Origin: Alphaproteobacteria bacterium
GTDB taxonomy: Bacteria; Pseudomonadota; Alphaproteobacteria; GCA-2731375
Assembly (NCBI GenBank): GCA_965225945.1
Contig: CBDDBZ010000032.1
Span: forward strand, 128,001 to 192,000
Length of the DNA: 64,000 nucleotides
Reading direction: 5' to 3'
Shown here: positions 1 through 10,491 of the stretch, piece after piece
How the letters are laid out: each line of letters begins with the position of its first letter
How positions within the stretch are numbered: the first letter of the stretch is position 1
Made by a program: the position numbers and the translations under genes
The notes under the pieces: generated by a model
What the model saw: the letters and a program-made list of their open reading frames with translations, nothing else
Told to the model about the DNA's origin: nothing
Databases searched by the model: none

Positions 1-1
1 C

Positions 2-1237
2 GCGACCATCGCCGGCGCGGCCCGGGACAGCGCCCGGGCGATCGCCGAGGAAAGCTTGCGGGACCAGCCGCCGCCACCCGCGCCGCCGATGCCCGCGACC
101 GTCCGCGACTCGCGGACCCGTCTCGGCTACCTGCTGCCCTACACCCACCTTCACAGCCTGCCGCTGGTGTTGAAGGAGATCGTGGCAGATCATCCGAGGG
201 CGCGCTTCGAGGTCCTGGGCTACGGCACCCAGCCCTGCAACGGCAGCAAATTCAGCCGCGACTATCGCGCCGCCTTCGATCGATTTACCGATCTGCCGGC
301 CAGCCGGCCGGAGGCGGCGGCGACCGCGATCGCCCGGGACGGGCTCGACCTGCTGATCGACGTCGCCGGGCTGACCGCGGTCAATTGCATGCCGATCCTG
401 GCCTGGCGCCCGGCGCCGGTGCAAGCGCACGCCTTCGGTTATTCGATCACCACGGGCGCCGACTACGTCGACTATCTGATCAGCGATCCGATCTACATCC
501 CGCCGCGCGACGCCGCGCTCGGACCCAAGGCGCTGGTCTACCTGCCGGAGACCTTCATGCCGACGCTGCGCGCGCCAGTGGCCGACCAGCGACTCCGCCG
601 CGCCGCGCTCGGCCTGCCGGAAGAGGGCATGGTTCTGGCCAACTTCAACCATACCTGCAAGTTCGAGCCGGCGATTTTCGAGGTTTGGATGGGACTGTTG
701 CGGGAGTTCGGGAACGCGGTGTTGTGGCTCGGCGACTGGCTGCCGGCGGCCCGGGCCAACCTCCGGCGAGAGGCGGCGTCGCGCGGCGTCGCGCCGGAAC
801 GGCTGGTGTTCGCCGCCATCGTCGAGCACGACCAGCACCTGGCCCGGCTCGCGCTCGCCGATATCGCCGTCGACAATCGACGCCACGGCGGTGGCATCAC
901 CACGGTGGACGCGCTCTGGGTCGGTCTCCCGGTGGTGACGATCGAGGGCGAGACGCCATCGGCCCGCCTGGGCGCAACGTTGCTGACCGCCGCCGGGGCG
1001 CCGGAGCTGATCACCCGGAGCCTGGACGACTATGTGGCGCTGATAGGGGAACTGGCCCGCGACCCGGCGCGGCGCGCGGCGCTCCGGGAGAAGCTGATCC
1101 AAGCGCGGGACAGCGCGCCGCTGTTCGACACCGGGCGTTTCCGGGGGCACTTGGAGACGGGCTACGAGATGATGGTGGCGCGGGCCCGACGCGGCTTGGC
1201 CCCGGCGACCATCGAGGTGCCGGCGGCGCCTCGTTGA
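2..1237 (+). CDS. O-GlcNAc transferase/SPINDLY-like (GT41) protein, C-terminal catalytic part; 5' end lies outside the window
   Basis: Frame is open from the window edge. Motifs DGLDLLIDVAGLT, RPAPVQAHAFGYSITTG..VDYLISD, NFNHTCKF and TTVDALWVGLPVVT are typical of the SPINDLY/OGT C-terminal domain. Confidence 0.85.
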   Translation, partial: ATIAGAARDSARAIAEESLRDQPPPPAPPMPATVRDSRTRLGYLLPYTHLHSLPLVLKEIVADHPRARFEVLGYGTQPCNGSKFSRDYRAAFDRFTDLPASRPEAAATAIARDGLDLLIDVAGLTAVNCMPILAWRPAPVQAHAFGYSITTGADYVDYLISDPIYIPPRDAALGPKALVYLPETFMPTLRAPVADQRLRRAALGLPEEGMVLANFNHTCKFEPAIFEVWMGLLREFGNAVLWLGDWLPAARANLRREAASRGVAPERLVFAAIVEHDQHLARLALADIAVDNRRHGGGITTVDALWVGLPVVTIEGETPSARLGATLLTAAGAPELITRSLDDYVALIGELARDPARRAALREKLIQARDSAPLFDTGRFRGHLETGYEMMVARARRGLAPATIEVPAAPR

Positions 1238-1268
1238 CGGGCGGCCCGGCGCCCGCCCAGAATTGGTC

Positions 1269-1985
1269 ATGGGCGTGCATCCCTTCCTCGCCGGCTTTCG
1301 GGCCCTGCTGCTCGATCTGAATGGTACCTTCATGTTCGGGCAGGACCGTTTTGGCCCGGCGGAGGACTATCACGCCACCTACCGCGCGCTCGGCGGCCGT
1401 GACCTCGACGCGGCGCGACTCCGCGCGGCGGTCGACGGCGTGGTGGCGGAGATGGAGCGCCTGGTCATGGAGCCCGCGCGCCAGGGCGATTTCCCGCGTC
1501 TGGCGGAGGCGCTTCGGGCCCACGAGGCCACCTCGGGGCTCGGCTCGGGAGAACTCGCGCTGATCGAGCAAACCGTGGCCGCGCATGAGGTCGGCCGGGT
1601 GCCGGCGGCGCATGCCGGCGTGTTGACGGCGCTTGCCCGGGGCCATCGCCTGGGTGTCGTCTCCAATATTTTCTCGGCCAAGGATCACTATGTCGCGGAA
1701 CTCGGCCGCGTCGGCCTCGCGGAGCTGCTGTCGCCGCTGGTCTTCTCGTCCGACGGTCGCGCGGTGAAGCCGGCGCCGGCGATCTTCGATAGGGCGATCG
1801 CAGCACTCGGACTCGAGGTGTCGGAGATCGTCTTCGTCGGCGACAATCCCGTGGCCGACATCGCCGGTGCCCGCGCCCTCGCCATGGCGACGATCTGGAT
1901 CGACGACGGACGTTTCGCCATGCCCGCCTCCGAGGTCGGCGCCGATCTGGTGGTCTCCAGCCTGCTCGACCTCGCCCAAGCATAA
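1269..1985 (+). CDS. HAD-family hydrolase
   Basis: Motif I variant LLDLNGT, plus VVSN, KP..IF and FVGDN..ADIAGA. ATG at 1269 chosen; start uncertain. Confidence 0.85.
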   Translation: MGVHPFLAGFRALLLDLNGTFMFGQDRFGPAEDYHATYRALGGRDLDAARLRAAVDGVVAEMERLVMEPARQGDFPRLAEALRAHEATSGLGSGELALIEQTVAAHEVGRVPAAHAGVLTALARGHRLGVVSNIFSAKDHYVAELGRVGLAELLSPLVFSSDGRAVKPAPAIFDRAIAALGLEVSEIVFVGDNPVADIAGARALAMATIWIDDGRFAMPASEVGADLVVSSLLDLAQA

Positions 1986-1992
1986 GCAACAG

Positions 1993-3363
1993 CTACGAGG
2001 TCGCGACAAGTTCCATCAGCCGGGCGATCTCGCCCGTGTCGAGCTCGTCGAGGCGGCGGCACAGGCCGATCACCGCTTCGGCGCCTTCCTCGTCGAGCCG
2101 GACCGCGAGGCAATCGCGCACCTTGGCGAGATGGGCGGCCTCGCTCACCGCTTCGGCGCCCCAGCAGCCGGGCGGCCCGTCGCATCGGCTCGCGACCTCC
2201 CGGCCGTCGGCGAGCAGCACCCGGGCCTCGACATACATCTCGTCGAACCGGCCCGGTATCTCGTCGCGCGCGTCGATCGTGATCCGCGCCAGAATCGCCA
2301 CCATGTCCGGGGCGAAGCGGCGCGCGTCCTCGAAACTCGCCATCGTCACCCTGCCGTCGAGGAGGGCGGCGGCGGCCGTGTACTGCCAGGAAAACTTGCC
2401 GGCGAGGCCGTTTACCGGTTCCGGCCGGTCGATATAGGGCATTCGTGGCGTGGTGAGCACCACCGCCTCGATCTCGTTCGGATCCTCGAATTGGGCCCGG
2501 AGCGCGAGCGCGGCGGTGATTGCGAAATGCGTGCCGTACTGGCTCGGGTACATCTTGAGTGCATAGCCGGGGGAGGTTATGCGGAAGGGCGGGCCGTAGT
2601 TCGCCAACTCCTCGAAGCGGAAGCCGTCGTCGAACAGGGCGGCGACATAGCCTTGCGGCGCCTCGATGATGTCGGGATTGCCGGTGAAGCCGCGCGCGGC
2701 CAGCATCGCCGCCTCCAAGCCCGCCGCCACCGCGACGGCGCAGTTGGTCGATTTGGTCATGGTGCCGGCGTTGGCGAGCAGGCTGCCGGCCCGCGAGGCG
2801 GCGATGGCGAGCGCGTTGCGGATCGCGTCCACGTCGAGGCCCAGCAGATGCCCCGCCGCCACCGCCGCGCCCATCGGCCCGACCTGGCCCGGCGGGTGGA
2901 AGTTGATCTGCCGCGTCTCGTACTGGCGCGAGGCCTGGCGGATCCAGCCCTGGGTCTCGATCCCCTTGACCAAGGCGGTGATCGCCGCCCGGCCGTCGAG
3001 CCCGCGCGCCTCGGCCAGCGCCAGCACCGCCGGCAGCGTGGTCGAGGTCTGGTGGTTGGCCGGGTTCCACATCGCCTCGAAATCGAGCACGTGCATGCTG
3101 GCGCCGTTGACCATGGCGGCCTGCACCGGCGAGGTGCGGAAGCCGAAGCCGATCACGCTCGAGATTGGCGCGCCGCCCAATTCACCCACGTGCGCCGCCA
3201 GGATCGAAGGCGGCGCCTCCTGGCGCGACCCCGCCACCGCCACGGCCAAGCCGCCGAGCGTCAGGCGCCGGGCACTTGCCAGCGCCGCCTCGCCGATGTC
3301 GGCGAAATCGATGTCGACGATGCGCTCGGCGAAGGCCCGGGTGGTGCCGGCGGGACCGCTCAA
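1993..3363 (-). CDS. MmgE/PrpD-family protein (IRG1/ACOD1 / iminodisuccinate-epimerase-like subgroup)
   Basis: C-terminal 456 aa of ORF 1993..4710. Motifs [40 protein letters not shown] and [10 protein letters not shown] start at 3363 overlaps the upstream TGA (TTGA). Confidence 0.85.
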   Translation of the reverse strand: MSGPAGTTRAFAERIVDIDFADIGEAALASARRLTLGGLAVAVAGSRQEAPPSILAAHVGELGGAPISSVIGFGFRTSPVQAAMVNGASMHVLDFEAMWNPANHQTSTTLPAVLALAEARGLDGRAAITALVKGIETQGWIRQASRQYETRQINFHPPGQVGPMGAAVAAGHLLGLDVDAIRNALAIAASRAGSLLANAGTMTKSTNCAVAVAAGLEAAMLAARGFTGNPDIIEAPQGYVAALFDDGFRFEELANYGPPFRITSPGYALKMYPSQYGTHFAITAALALRAQFEDPNEIEAVVLTTPRMPYIDRPEPVNGLAGKFSWQYTAAAALLDGRVTMASFEDARRFAPDMVAILARITIDARDEIPGRFDEMYVEARVLLADGREVASRCDGPPGCWGAEAVSEAAHLAKVRDCLAVRLDEEGAEAVIGLCRRLDELDTGEIARLMELVATS

Positions 3364-5321
3364 TCCGCCAACTCCGGCAGGTCGCGGAAGAGTTCCAGCG
3401 CCTCCGGATTGGCCAGGGCGTCCTTGTGTTTGACTGGCCGTCCGTGCACCACGTCGGCCACCGCCAACTCGGTGATCTTGTTGTTGACGGTACGCGGAAT
3501 GTCCGCGACCTCCAGGATCTTGGCCGGCACGTGGCGGGGCGAGGCGTTCTCGCGAATTCGCCGGCGGACGCGGTCTCGCAACGCGTCGTCGAGCTCGGCG
3601 CCCTCGCGCAGCCGCAGGAAGAGGACGACCCGGGTGTCGTCGTCCCAGCGTTGGCCGATGACCAGGGCCTCGACCACCTCGTCGAGCTGTTCGACCTGGC
3701 GATAGATCTCCGCCGTGCCGATCCTGACGCCACCGGGATTGAGCGTCGCATCGGAACGGCCGTGGATGATCATGCCGCCGCTTTCCGTGATCTCCAGCCA
3801 ATCGCCGTGGCGCCAGACGTTGGGGTAGACGTCGAAATAGGCAGCCCGGTATCGGCTGCCGTCGTCGTCGTTCCAGAAGCCGATCGGCATCGAGGGGAAG
3901 GAGGCGGTGCAGACCAGCTCGCCCGGCGTGGCCGTGATCGACGCGCCGGTCTCGTCGAAAACCTGGACGTCCATGCCCAGGCCCTTGGCCTGGATTTCGC
4001 CGCGGAACACGGGCGCCATCGGATTGCCGCCGACAAAGCAGGAGACGATGTCGGTCCCGCCCGAGACCGAGGCCAGATGGATATCCGCCTTGACCTTCTC
4101 GTAGACGTAGTCGAAGCCCCCCGGCGCCAGGGGGGAGCCCGTCGAGAGCATGGCGCGCAAGCTGTCGAGGCGATGCGTCTCCCGAGGCGCGATGCCCGCC
4201 TTGGCGAGCGCGTCGATGTATTTGGCGCTGGTGCCGAAGTGGGTCATGGCGGTTTCGTCGGCGAAGTCGAACAGCACGTTGCCGTCGGGATGGAAGGGCG
4301 CGCCGTCGAACAGCAACAGCGTCGCCCCGGAGGCGAGGCCGCTCGCCAGCCAATTCCACATCATCCAGCCACAGGTGGTGAAGTAGAACAGGCGGTCTCC
4401 CTCGCGCACGTCGGCGTGCAGGCGATGCTCCTTCAGATGCTGCAGCAGCGTACCGCCGGCGCCGTGGACGATGCATTTCGGCGCTCCCGTAGTGCCGGAG
4501 GAATAGAGAATGTAGAGCGGCGCGTCGAAGGGCATCGCTGTGTATTCGATGACGCCCGGGGCGCCCGGCGTCGCGTCGGCGAGGAAGTCTTCCCAGAGAA
4601 CGGCCGGCCCGAGACGATCGAGCCCGGGCGCGTCGTCGGTATGGGGGACCACCACGATCAGGGCGAGGCTGGTCAATTCCCTGGCGATCTCGGCGGTCTT
4701 CGCCAGGCAATCGAAGCGCTTGCCGTTGTAGATGTAACCGTCGGCGCAGAACAGCAGCTTGGCCTCGATCTGGCCGAAGCGGTCGAGCACGCCGGCCACC
4801 CCGAATTCAGGCGAACAGGAGGACCAAATGGCGCCGAGGCTGGCCGTCGCCAGCATCGCCATGATGGTCTCCGGCAGGTTGGGCAGGAAGCCCGCCACCC
4901 GGTCGCCCGGGCCGATGCCCGCCGCCCGCATCGCTCGTTGCAGGCGAGAGACCGTATCGCGCAGTTCCACCTGGCCGATCTCGCGCAAGTCCCCGCTCTC
5001 GCCGCAAAAGAGCATCGCCGGGCCGTCGTGCGGCCGGGCCAGCAGGTTTTCGGCGAAGTTCAGGCGCGCGTCGGGAAACCAGCGGGCACCCGGCATGAGG
5101 TTCTTGTCCACGACGGCCCGATCCCCCTGGGTCTCGGCCACCACGCCGGCGAAATCCCAGACCAGGCGCCAGAACGCCTCGGAATCGGCGACGGACCAAG
5201 CGTGCAGCTCGTCATAGCCGGCGAGTGGTCGGCCCGAACAGGCGCGCGCCGCCTCGAGAAAGCGGGCGAGCCCGGTCAACTCGGCGGCTTCCGGTCTCGG
5301 CCGCCACAGCGGTTCGCTCAC
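3360..5321 (-). CDS. acetoacetate--CoA ligase (acetoacetyl-CoA synthetase)
   Basis: [69 protein letters not shown] and C-terminal [12 protein letters not shown] start VSEPLWRP at 5321. Confidence 0.93.
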   Translation of the reverse strand: MSEPLWRPRPEAAELTGLARFLEAARACSGRPLAGYDELHAWSVADSEAFWRLVWDFAGVVAETQGDRAVVDKNLMPGARWFPDARLNFAENLLARPHDGPAMLFCGESGDLREIGQVELRDTVSRLQRAMRAAGIGPGDRVAGFLPNLPETIMAMLATASLGAIWSSCSPEFGVAGVLDRFGQIEAKLLFCADGYIYNGKRFDCLAKTAEIARELTSLALIVVVPHTDDAPGLDRLGPAVLWEDFLADATPGAPGVIEYTAMPFDAPLYILYSSGTTGAPKCIVHGAGGTLLQHLKEHRLHADVREGDRLFYFTTCGWMMWNWLASGLASGATLLLFDGAPFHPDGNVLFDFADETAMTHFGTSAKYIDALAKAGIAPRETHRLDSLRAMLSTGSPLAPGGFDYVYEKVKADIHLASVSGGTDIVSCFVGGNPMAPVFRGEIQAKGLGMDVQVFDETGASITATPGELVCTASFPSMPIGFWNDDDGSRYRAAYFDVYPNVWRHGDWLEITESGGMIIHGRSDATLNPGGVRIGTAEIYRQVEQLDEVVEALVIGQRWDDDTRVVLFLRLREGAELDDALRDRVRRRIRENASPRHVPAKILEVADIPRTVNNKITELAVADVVHGRPVKHKDALANPEALELFRDLPELAD

Positions 5322-5517
5322 GTGCCGGTCTCCCTTCCCGCGGCAGCAATCGAGGGGCGAGTATCGCGCGATCGCGCCACCCCGCCAAGGCACCGCCGAC
5401 ACCCTTGGCCCGCTTGTGGCGGCCGCCCTGGGGCCGCTTGTGGTGGCCGCCGCCGGGATGCGATGCTCACCCCGGCGGCGGCCTGGGCCCCGCGCGACAA
5501 TTGGGAGGACGAGGCTA

Positions 5518-6270
5518 ATGAGGCTGCAAGACAAGATCGCCCTTATCACCGGTGGTGCCTACGGCATGGGCGGGACGACGGCGAAGCTTTTCGCCCAGGA
5601 GGGCGCCGCCGTCTTGATCGCCGATCAGCTCGCCGACGAGGGCGCGCTCAGGGTCCAGGAAATCGAGGCCGCCGGCGGGCGCGCGAGCTTTCATCGCATG
5701 GACGTCACCAGCGACGAGAATTGGGCCGCCGTGGTCGCCGAGGCCCTCGCCGTGCACGGGAGAATCGACATCCTGGTCAACAACGCCGGCATCAGTGGCA
5801 GCGCCTACGACGATCCCTTGGACCTCGACGCCTGGTACGCGCTGATGGACGTCAACGCGACGGGCGTCTTCCTCGGCCACCGGAACGTGATCCCGGTGAT
5901 GGCCGAGCGGGGCGGCGGGACCATCGTCAACATCTCCTCGATCTCCGGCAACGTCGGCCAGGACGTGGTGCATCACGGCTACAATGCTTCCAAGGGCGCG
6001 GTCCGTATTCTGACCAAATCGGCCGCCGTTCGCCACGCGCCGGAGGGCATTCGCGTCAACACCGTCCATCCCGGCCTGATGCCGCCGATGCGCACCTCGG
6101 GCGCCACGTCCGATCCGGCGGTCCGCGAACGGATGCTGAAGCGGGTGCCGATGGGCCGCTTCGGCTTGCCGGAGGAGGTGGCGCGCGCGGTGCTGTTCCT
6201 CGCCTCCGACGAGTCTTCCTATACCACCGGCTCGGAGATCCACGTCGACGGCGGTTACCTCGCCGCTTGA
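5518..6270 (+). CDS. SDR-family NAD(P)-dependent oxidoreductase
   Basis: [24 protein letters not shown] and VDGG motifs. ATG at 5518 follows a GGAGG/GAGG RBS. Confidence 0.93.
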   Translation: MRLQDKIALITGGAYGMGGTTAKLFAQEGAAVLIADQLADEGALRVQEIEAAGGRASFHRMDVTSDENWAAVVAEALAVHGRIDILVNNAGISGSAYDDPLDLDAWYALMDVNATGVFLGHRNVIPVMAERGGGTIVNISSISGNVGQDVVHHGYNASKGAVRILTKSAAVRHAPEGIRVNTVHPGLMPPMRTSGATSDPAVRERMLKRVPMGRFGLPEEVARAVLFLASDESSYTTGSEIHVDGGYLAA

Positions 6271-6334
6271 GGTCGCATCGAGGCGTTGGTGGCTGGGTAG
6301 ACGAGTCGTCCGATGTGACGTAATTGCCGAGCCG

Positions 6335-6754
6335 CTACTCGAAGACGTAGTCGGTCTTGGCGCGGTGCAGGTCGATCGCATCGGCGAGTTTGGGCTCGTC
6401 GGCAATCATGCGGAACAGCACGTCGCTCGTGATCTTCAGCGCCTCGACGTCGGTCTTGGCGATCACGGTCGCGGTTCTGGGAACGTCGTCCAGGACCGCG
6501 ATCTCGCCGATGAAGGTGTGTTGATCCATCACTCGGACATGGCGCGGGCCGTTGCCGGAATCGATGTGGACGTCGGCCATGCCTTCCAGGATCACATAGA
6601 CGTGGCGGCCGACGTCGCCCTGACGGACGAGGATCTGGCCGGCTTGATAGGTCAGTCGGTCGCTGGCGAACGCGAGCAGTTTCAGCCGCGCGATATCCAG
6701 CACCTCGAAGGGGGGTATCGTCGCCAGGAGGCGATATTCGTCGCCGAGGCTCAT
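6335..6754 (-). CDS. stand-alone cyclic-nucleotide-binding domain protein
   Basis: LVRQGDVG..VYVILEG and phosphate-binding cassette FIGEIAVLDDVPRTATVIA. Confidence 0.88.
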   Translation of the reverse strand: MSLGDEYRLLATIPPFEVLDIARLKLLAFASDRLTYQAGQILVRQGDVGRHVYVILEGMADVHIDSGNGPRHVRVMDQHTFIGEIAVLDDVPRTATVIAKTDVEALKITSDVLFRMIADEPKLADAIDLHRAKTDYVFE

Positions 6755-6833
6755 CCGCCCGTCTCCCGGGTCGTGGCCGACAATTGCCTCATATCAACCG
6801 CCGCCGAGGGCGGCGCGAGAGTCGCCCTCAACT

Positions 6834-8000
6834 TCAATCGTCGTCGCCGGCCACGACCTTCGCCGCCTGCTTATCGATCTCCACCTGCACGGCGGTCTGC
6901 GCGGCGGCGAGGAACAGGGGCCGGTTTTCGAAGCTGTAGTCGTAGCTCGCCCGCCTGAGGTCGTTCTTGCTCCGGAAGTGCGGCAGCACGTAGCGCGCCA
7001 TCAGCTCGAAATGCCGCTTGGTGGCGGGGAAGTCGGCCCAGTTGTGGGCCAGCTCCAGGAAGGCGCCGAAGCCGCCCGAGCCCTCCTGCAGCTTCTCGAT
7101 ATAGGCGATGGCGTCGTCCGGCGTGCCGATGCAGGCCAAGTTGTTGTCGAGAAGATATCGATAGGCGTCCTCGATGTCGTCCGGAACGACCGGGAAGGTG
7201 GCGATCTCGCGAAAGTATCGGACCCAAGCCTCGAGGCCGAATTTCACATTTTCCCGCGCCTTCTCCCGCGTTTCGGCGACATGGGCGAGGCTCACCACCC
7301 GCCAGATGTCGCGCGTCACCTCGAAGCCGTTCTTGCTCGCGGTCGAATGCAGCAGGTTCCAGTTGTTGGCGTGATGCGCCAGTGCCTCGTCCGAAGTCCC
7401 GCCGATCGACAGCATGCCGATGCCGTATTTTCCGGCCACGAGCGCGCCCACGGGCGAGCGGGCGCAGGCGACCGCCATTTCGATCCGGGGATAGCTGTAG
7501 GAGGAAAGCTGCAGGCGCGCCTCGCGCAGCTCGAACCAATCGGTCTTCATCGTCACCGTCTCGCCGTCGAGCAGGCGGACGATCGCCTCCATGCCCTCGT
7601 TCAGGCGGCGGCGCAGGTTCGCCGGTTCGATCCCCATGCGGAAGGCATCGCCCACCAGGGCGCCCGGGCCGACGCCGAACATCGCCCGGCCCTTGGTCAT
7701 GTGGTCGAGTTGGATCATGCGATCGGCGATCATCAAGGGATGGTGGTAGGGCACCGAGATGACACCGGTGCCGAGCCGGATGTGCTTCGTGCGCTCCGCC
7801 GCCGCGGCGATGAAGACCTCCGGAGAGGCGATGATCTCGAAGCCGCCCGAATGGTGCTCGCCGACCCAGACCTCATGGTAGCCGATGTGATCGAGGTGCT
7901 CGATCAGCTCCATGTCGCGGTCCATCGCCATCGTCGGGTCCTCGTCCAGGGCATGGAACGGGGCCAGGAAGATGCCGAAGCGCAGATTGTCCGTGTTCAT
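6834..8000 (-). CDS. LLM-class flavin-dependent monooxygenase (limonene 1,2-monooxygenase-like)
   Basis: FGIFLAPFH, WVGEHHSGGFEIIASPE, IRLGTGVISVPYHHP and DHMTKGRAMFGVGPG. Confidence 0.9.
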   Translation of the reverse strand: MNTDNLRFGIFLAPFHALDEDPTMAMDRDMELIEHLDHIGYHEVWVGEHHSGGFEIIASPEVFIAAAAERTKHIRLGTGVISVPYHHPLMIADRMIQLDHMTKGRAMFGVGPGALVGDAFRMGIEPANLRRRLNEGMEAIVRLLDGETVTMKTDWFELREARLQLSSYSYPRIEMAVACARSPVGALVAGKYGIGMLSIGGTSDEALAHHANNWNLLHSTASKNGFEVTRDIWRVVSLAHVAETREKARENVKFGLEAWVRYFREIATFPVVPDDIEDAYRYLLDNNLACIGTPDDAIAYIEKLQEGSGGFGAFLELAHNWADFPATKRHFELMARYVLPHFRSKNDLRRASYDYSFENRPLFLAAAQTAVQVEIDKQAAKVVAGDDD

Positions 8001-8115
8001 TCGGTCTCGCCCTCGAAAATTTCACATCCGACACACACTGTAGCGCCGGCCGGCTGGTTAGTCATCCGAGGTCCGGGCGGATATAGTCCGGACCGATCCG
8101 GCGGGGAGGACGGCG

Positions 8116-8481
8116 ATGAGCGAGGATACGGATTTCTGGCCACTCGAGATCCGTCTGCATCGCGAGGAAAGGGTGCTCGAGATCGCCTATGACGACGGCC
8201 GGCGGGACCGCCTGGAAGCGGAACTCCTGCGCGTCGAGAGTCCCAGCGCCGAGGTCCAGGGCCACGGCGAGGGCAAGACCGTCGTCGCAGGCAAGCGCTG
8301 GGTCGCGATGACCCGGGTGGAGCAGGTCGGGAACTATGCAATTCGCATCCACTTCGACGACGGCCACGACACCGGGATCTACTCTTGGCGCTATCTCCGT
8401 TATCTGGGCGAGAATGGCGAGCGCCTGCTTTCGGCCTATGTGGCGGCCGTCGACGCCAAGGGCCTGAACCGGGATTTCTGA
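8116..8481 (+). CDS. DUF971 / gamma-butyrobetaine hydroxylase-like N-terminal domain protein
   Basis: AELLRVESPSAEVQGH and VGNYAIRIHFDDGHDTGIYSWRYL; GGAGG RBS upstream. Confidence 0.92.
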   Translation: MSEDTDFWPLEIRLHREERVLEIAYDDGRRDRLEAELLRVESPSAEVQGHGEGKTVVAGKRWVAMTRVEQVGNYAIRIHFDDGHDTGIYSWRYLRYLGENGERLLSAYVAAVDAKGLNRDF

Positions 8482-8644
8482 GCGAATTCCACGCCTTGCC
8501 CGGCCTCGAGGAGGCTCGACAGGCGAACCTTTCAGCCCCGTCCACCACGCTCGCCGGAACGAATTTTTTGCCGCTCGGGGCGCGGGGCAAGTCGACCGAC
8601 GACCTCGCGGCCTTTATGCGACAGGCCGCATGAAGTTTTTCAAG

Positions 8645-9423
8645 TATACCCCGACTCCCCGCAGACCCGAAAAAGTTCTGGCAATCCGGCTGCGGATCGA
8701 TTCTTCTCGCGGTCATGATTCGCGGTGGATTTCTGAGCATCGAGGAACGCGCGGCCCTGGAGGCGGTGACTCGGGGCATCCGAGCGAGACCCACGGGGTG
8801 GCGCGCCGCGCGAACGCCGTTCTGCTCTTGGATGACGGCTTGAGCTGCGTCGAGGTGGCGAAGGGGCTCTACCTCGACGACGACACGGTGCGGACGTGGC
8901 TGAAGCGCTACCGTGCGGGCGGCCTGGATGAAATGACGCTGTTCGACTGGCATGGCCGGTCGGGCCATCTGAGCCGGGAGCAAGAGGCGGAGCTTTCGGC
9001 CCATCTGAGCCAACGGCTTTACCGCGATACCGGCGAGGTGGCAGCCCATATCAAGGCGACCTACGGAGTGATCTACAGCCATTCGGGCTGCATCAAGGTG
9101 ATGCATCGCCTGGGCTTCGAATACAAGCGCCCGAAAAGCCTGCCGGCTCAGGGCCGATGAGGCCGAGCAGGCCGCCTTTATCGAGGCCTATGATAAGTTG
9201 CTCAACGGCTTGGCCGCCGACGAGGTGGTCTACTTCGCCGATGCGGTGCACCCGGAATTCCAGTCCCGCCCAGTCCATGGCTGGGTCAAGAAGGGCGACA
9301 AAGTGGCGTTACGCCGGACCTCGGGGCGCCAGCGCATCAATCTCCACGGCGCGCTCAACCTGGAAAACTTCCACTGCCCCTTGGTCCAGGCCGAGAGGAT
9401 CAACGCCGCCTCGACGATCGCGC
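8645..9423 (+). mobile_element. IS630-family element remnant: left end plus frameshifted, 3'-truncated transposase (ATG at about 8715)
   Basis: HTH region RRANAVLLLDDG..TVRTWLKRY, then HRLGFEYKRPK, then DDE start VYFADAVHPEFQ..GWVKKG..RINLHGALNL. Frameshifts at about 8775 and 9152. TA at 8645 is the probable left junction. Confidence 0.82.
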
Positions 9424-10047
9424 ATGGTGCGGCCCAACCAAGACATGATCGGTGGCCAGCCCAAATCCATGTTGCAAGTCGACGAAACCTGGGTTGGCGG
9501 GCGAACGCGTGGGGAAGGCCGTGCTGTTCACCACAAGGTTCTCGTCGCCTGTGTCCGATCGAGGTGCGTCATCGAAAGACCGGGCACCAAGCTCGACAAT
9601 CGGAAAGACGGACGCTATGCCGGACGCGTTCGGCTACGCCGTCGTGCCGACCTAGCGCCATCGAGTCGATTATGGGTTCGTCGATGCACCGTCGCGGGAT
9701 CGCTGTCGACTGACGATTGGAGCGGCATGCTGGCCTCGGTAAGCGCGGCTATGAGCACTTCGCCCGAGTGTGGTGATCCAGAGGCCATCGAGCGATTTCT
9801 GCCGATCATCGATCTGGTTTTCGCCAACCTGAAGACGTGGACGATCGGTATCCACCACGGCGCGACACCAGCACCTACAAGCCTACCTCCGAGTTCACCT
9901 TCCGCTTCAACAGGCGGACCCGTTCAACGCCTTCCGCTCATTGCTCGGCATCGCGGGCGACACCTCTGCTCCAACCTATGCCGAGCTTTACTCGGGAGAG
10001 TGGCGGCACCCTACATGTAGCGGTCATGGGCGTTAACCGGATAGGCA
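9424..10047 (+). mobile_element. IS1595 (ISXO2-like) transposase remnant, 5'-truncated with many indels, and probable right end
   Basis: Pieces VDETWVGGRTRGEGR, GRYAGRVRL, TDDWSG, LPIIDLVFANLKTW..GIHHG and EFTFRFNRR lie in different frames. Ends ...CGTTAACCGGATAGGCA. Confidence 0.78.
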
Positions 10048-10049
10048 AG

Positions 10050-10491
10050 CTTTGTTCGACGATAGAGCCATCGGTCGACTTCGCTTTTGACAGCATGCTA
10101 GCCAACGGGTAGACGTCATGAATCGTGTAATGCACTACGCCTATGACGCATCTTCGCTGCGAGATGCTGGAGGCCACCAATCCGGCGTCGCCGATCAATG
10201 CCCGCTATCTGCCTGGTCCGCCCTCGTGAGCGGCTCACCAGCACCTGTCATGCATCGCGAGGCTTGGTTCTACCCTCTTCACCGAAGCCATCGACGATTT
10301 CTTCCGCCGACGACTGCAGTGGACGACGTGGCGCGCGACAATTTCCGAATACAAGGATTTTCGGGTTCTGGGAGTGAGGCGCTAGCATGCGTTGAAATCT
10401 TTGTTCGACGATAGAGCCATCGGTCGACTTCGCTTTTGACAGCATGCTAGCCAACGGGTAGACGTCATGAATCGTGTAATGCACTACGCCT
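10050..10491 (+). repeat. 93-bp exact direct repeat (10050-10142 and 10399-10491) covering the upstream region and first 8 codons of the lipoprotein gene
   Basis: CTTTGTTCGACGATAGAGCC...GTAATGCACTACGCCT occurs twice, 349 bp apart. A further 16-bp match GCCCTCGTGAGCGGCT lies at 10220-10235 and 10509-10524. Confidence 0.95.

Noticed and set aside
3165-6323. Very long alternative-frame ORFs (e.g. 3165..6323 +, 47104..49677 +, 26232..28061 +, 50923..52833 +)
   Set aside because: They are antisense or off-frame shadows of well-supported genes. This is expected in high-GC DNA, and they carry no recognisable motifs.
10118-10414. 98-aa ORF starting MNRVMHYA as a separate paralogue
   Set aside because: Only the first 8 codons come from the duplicated segment. 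The rest has no signal peptide or protein-like character.
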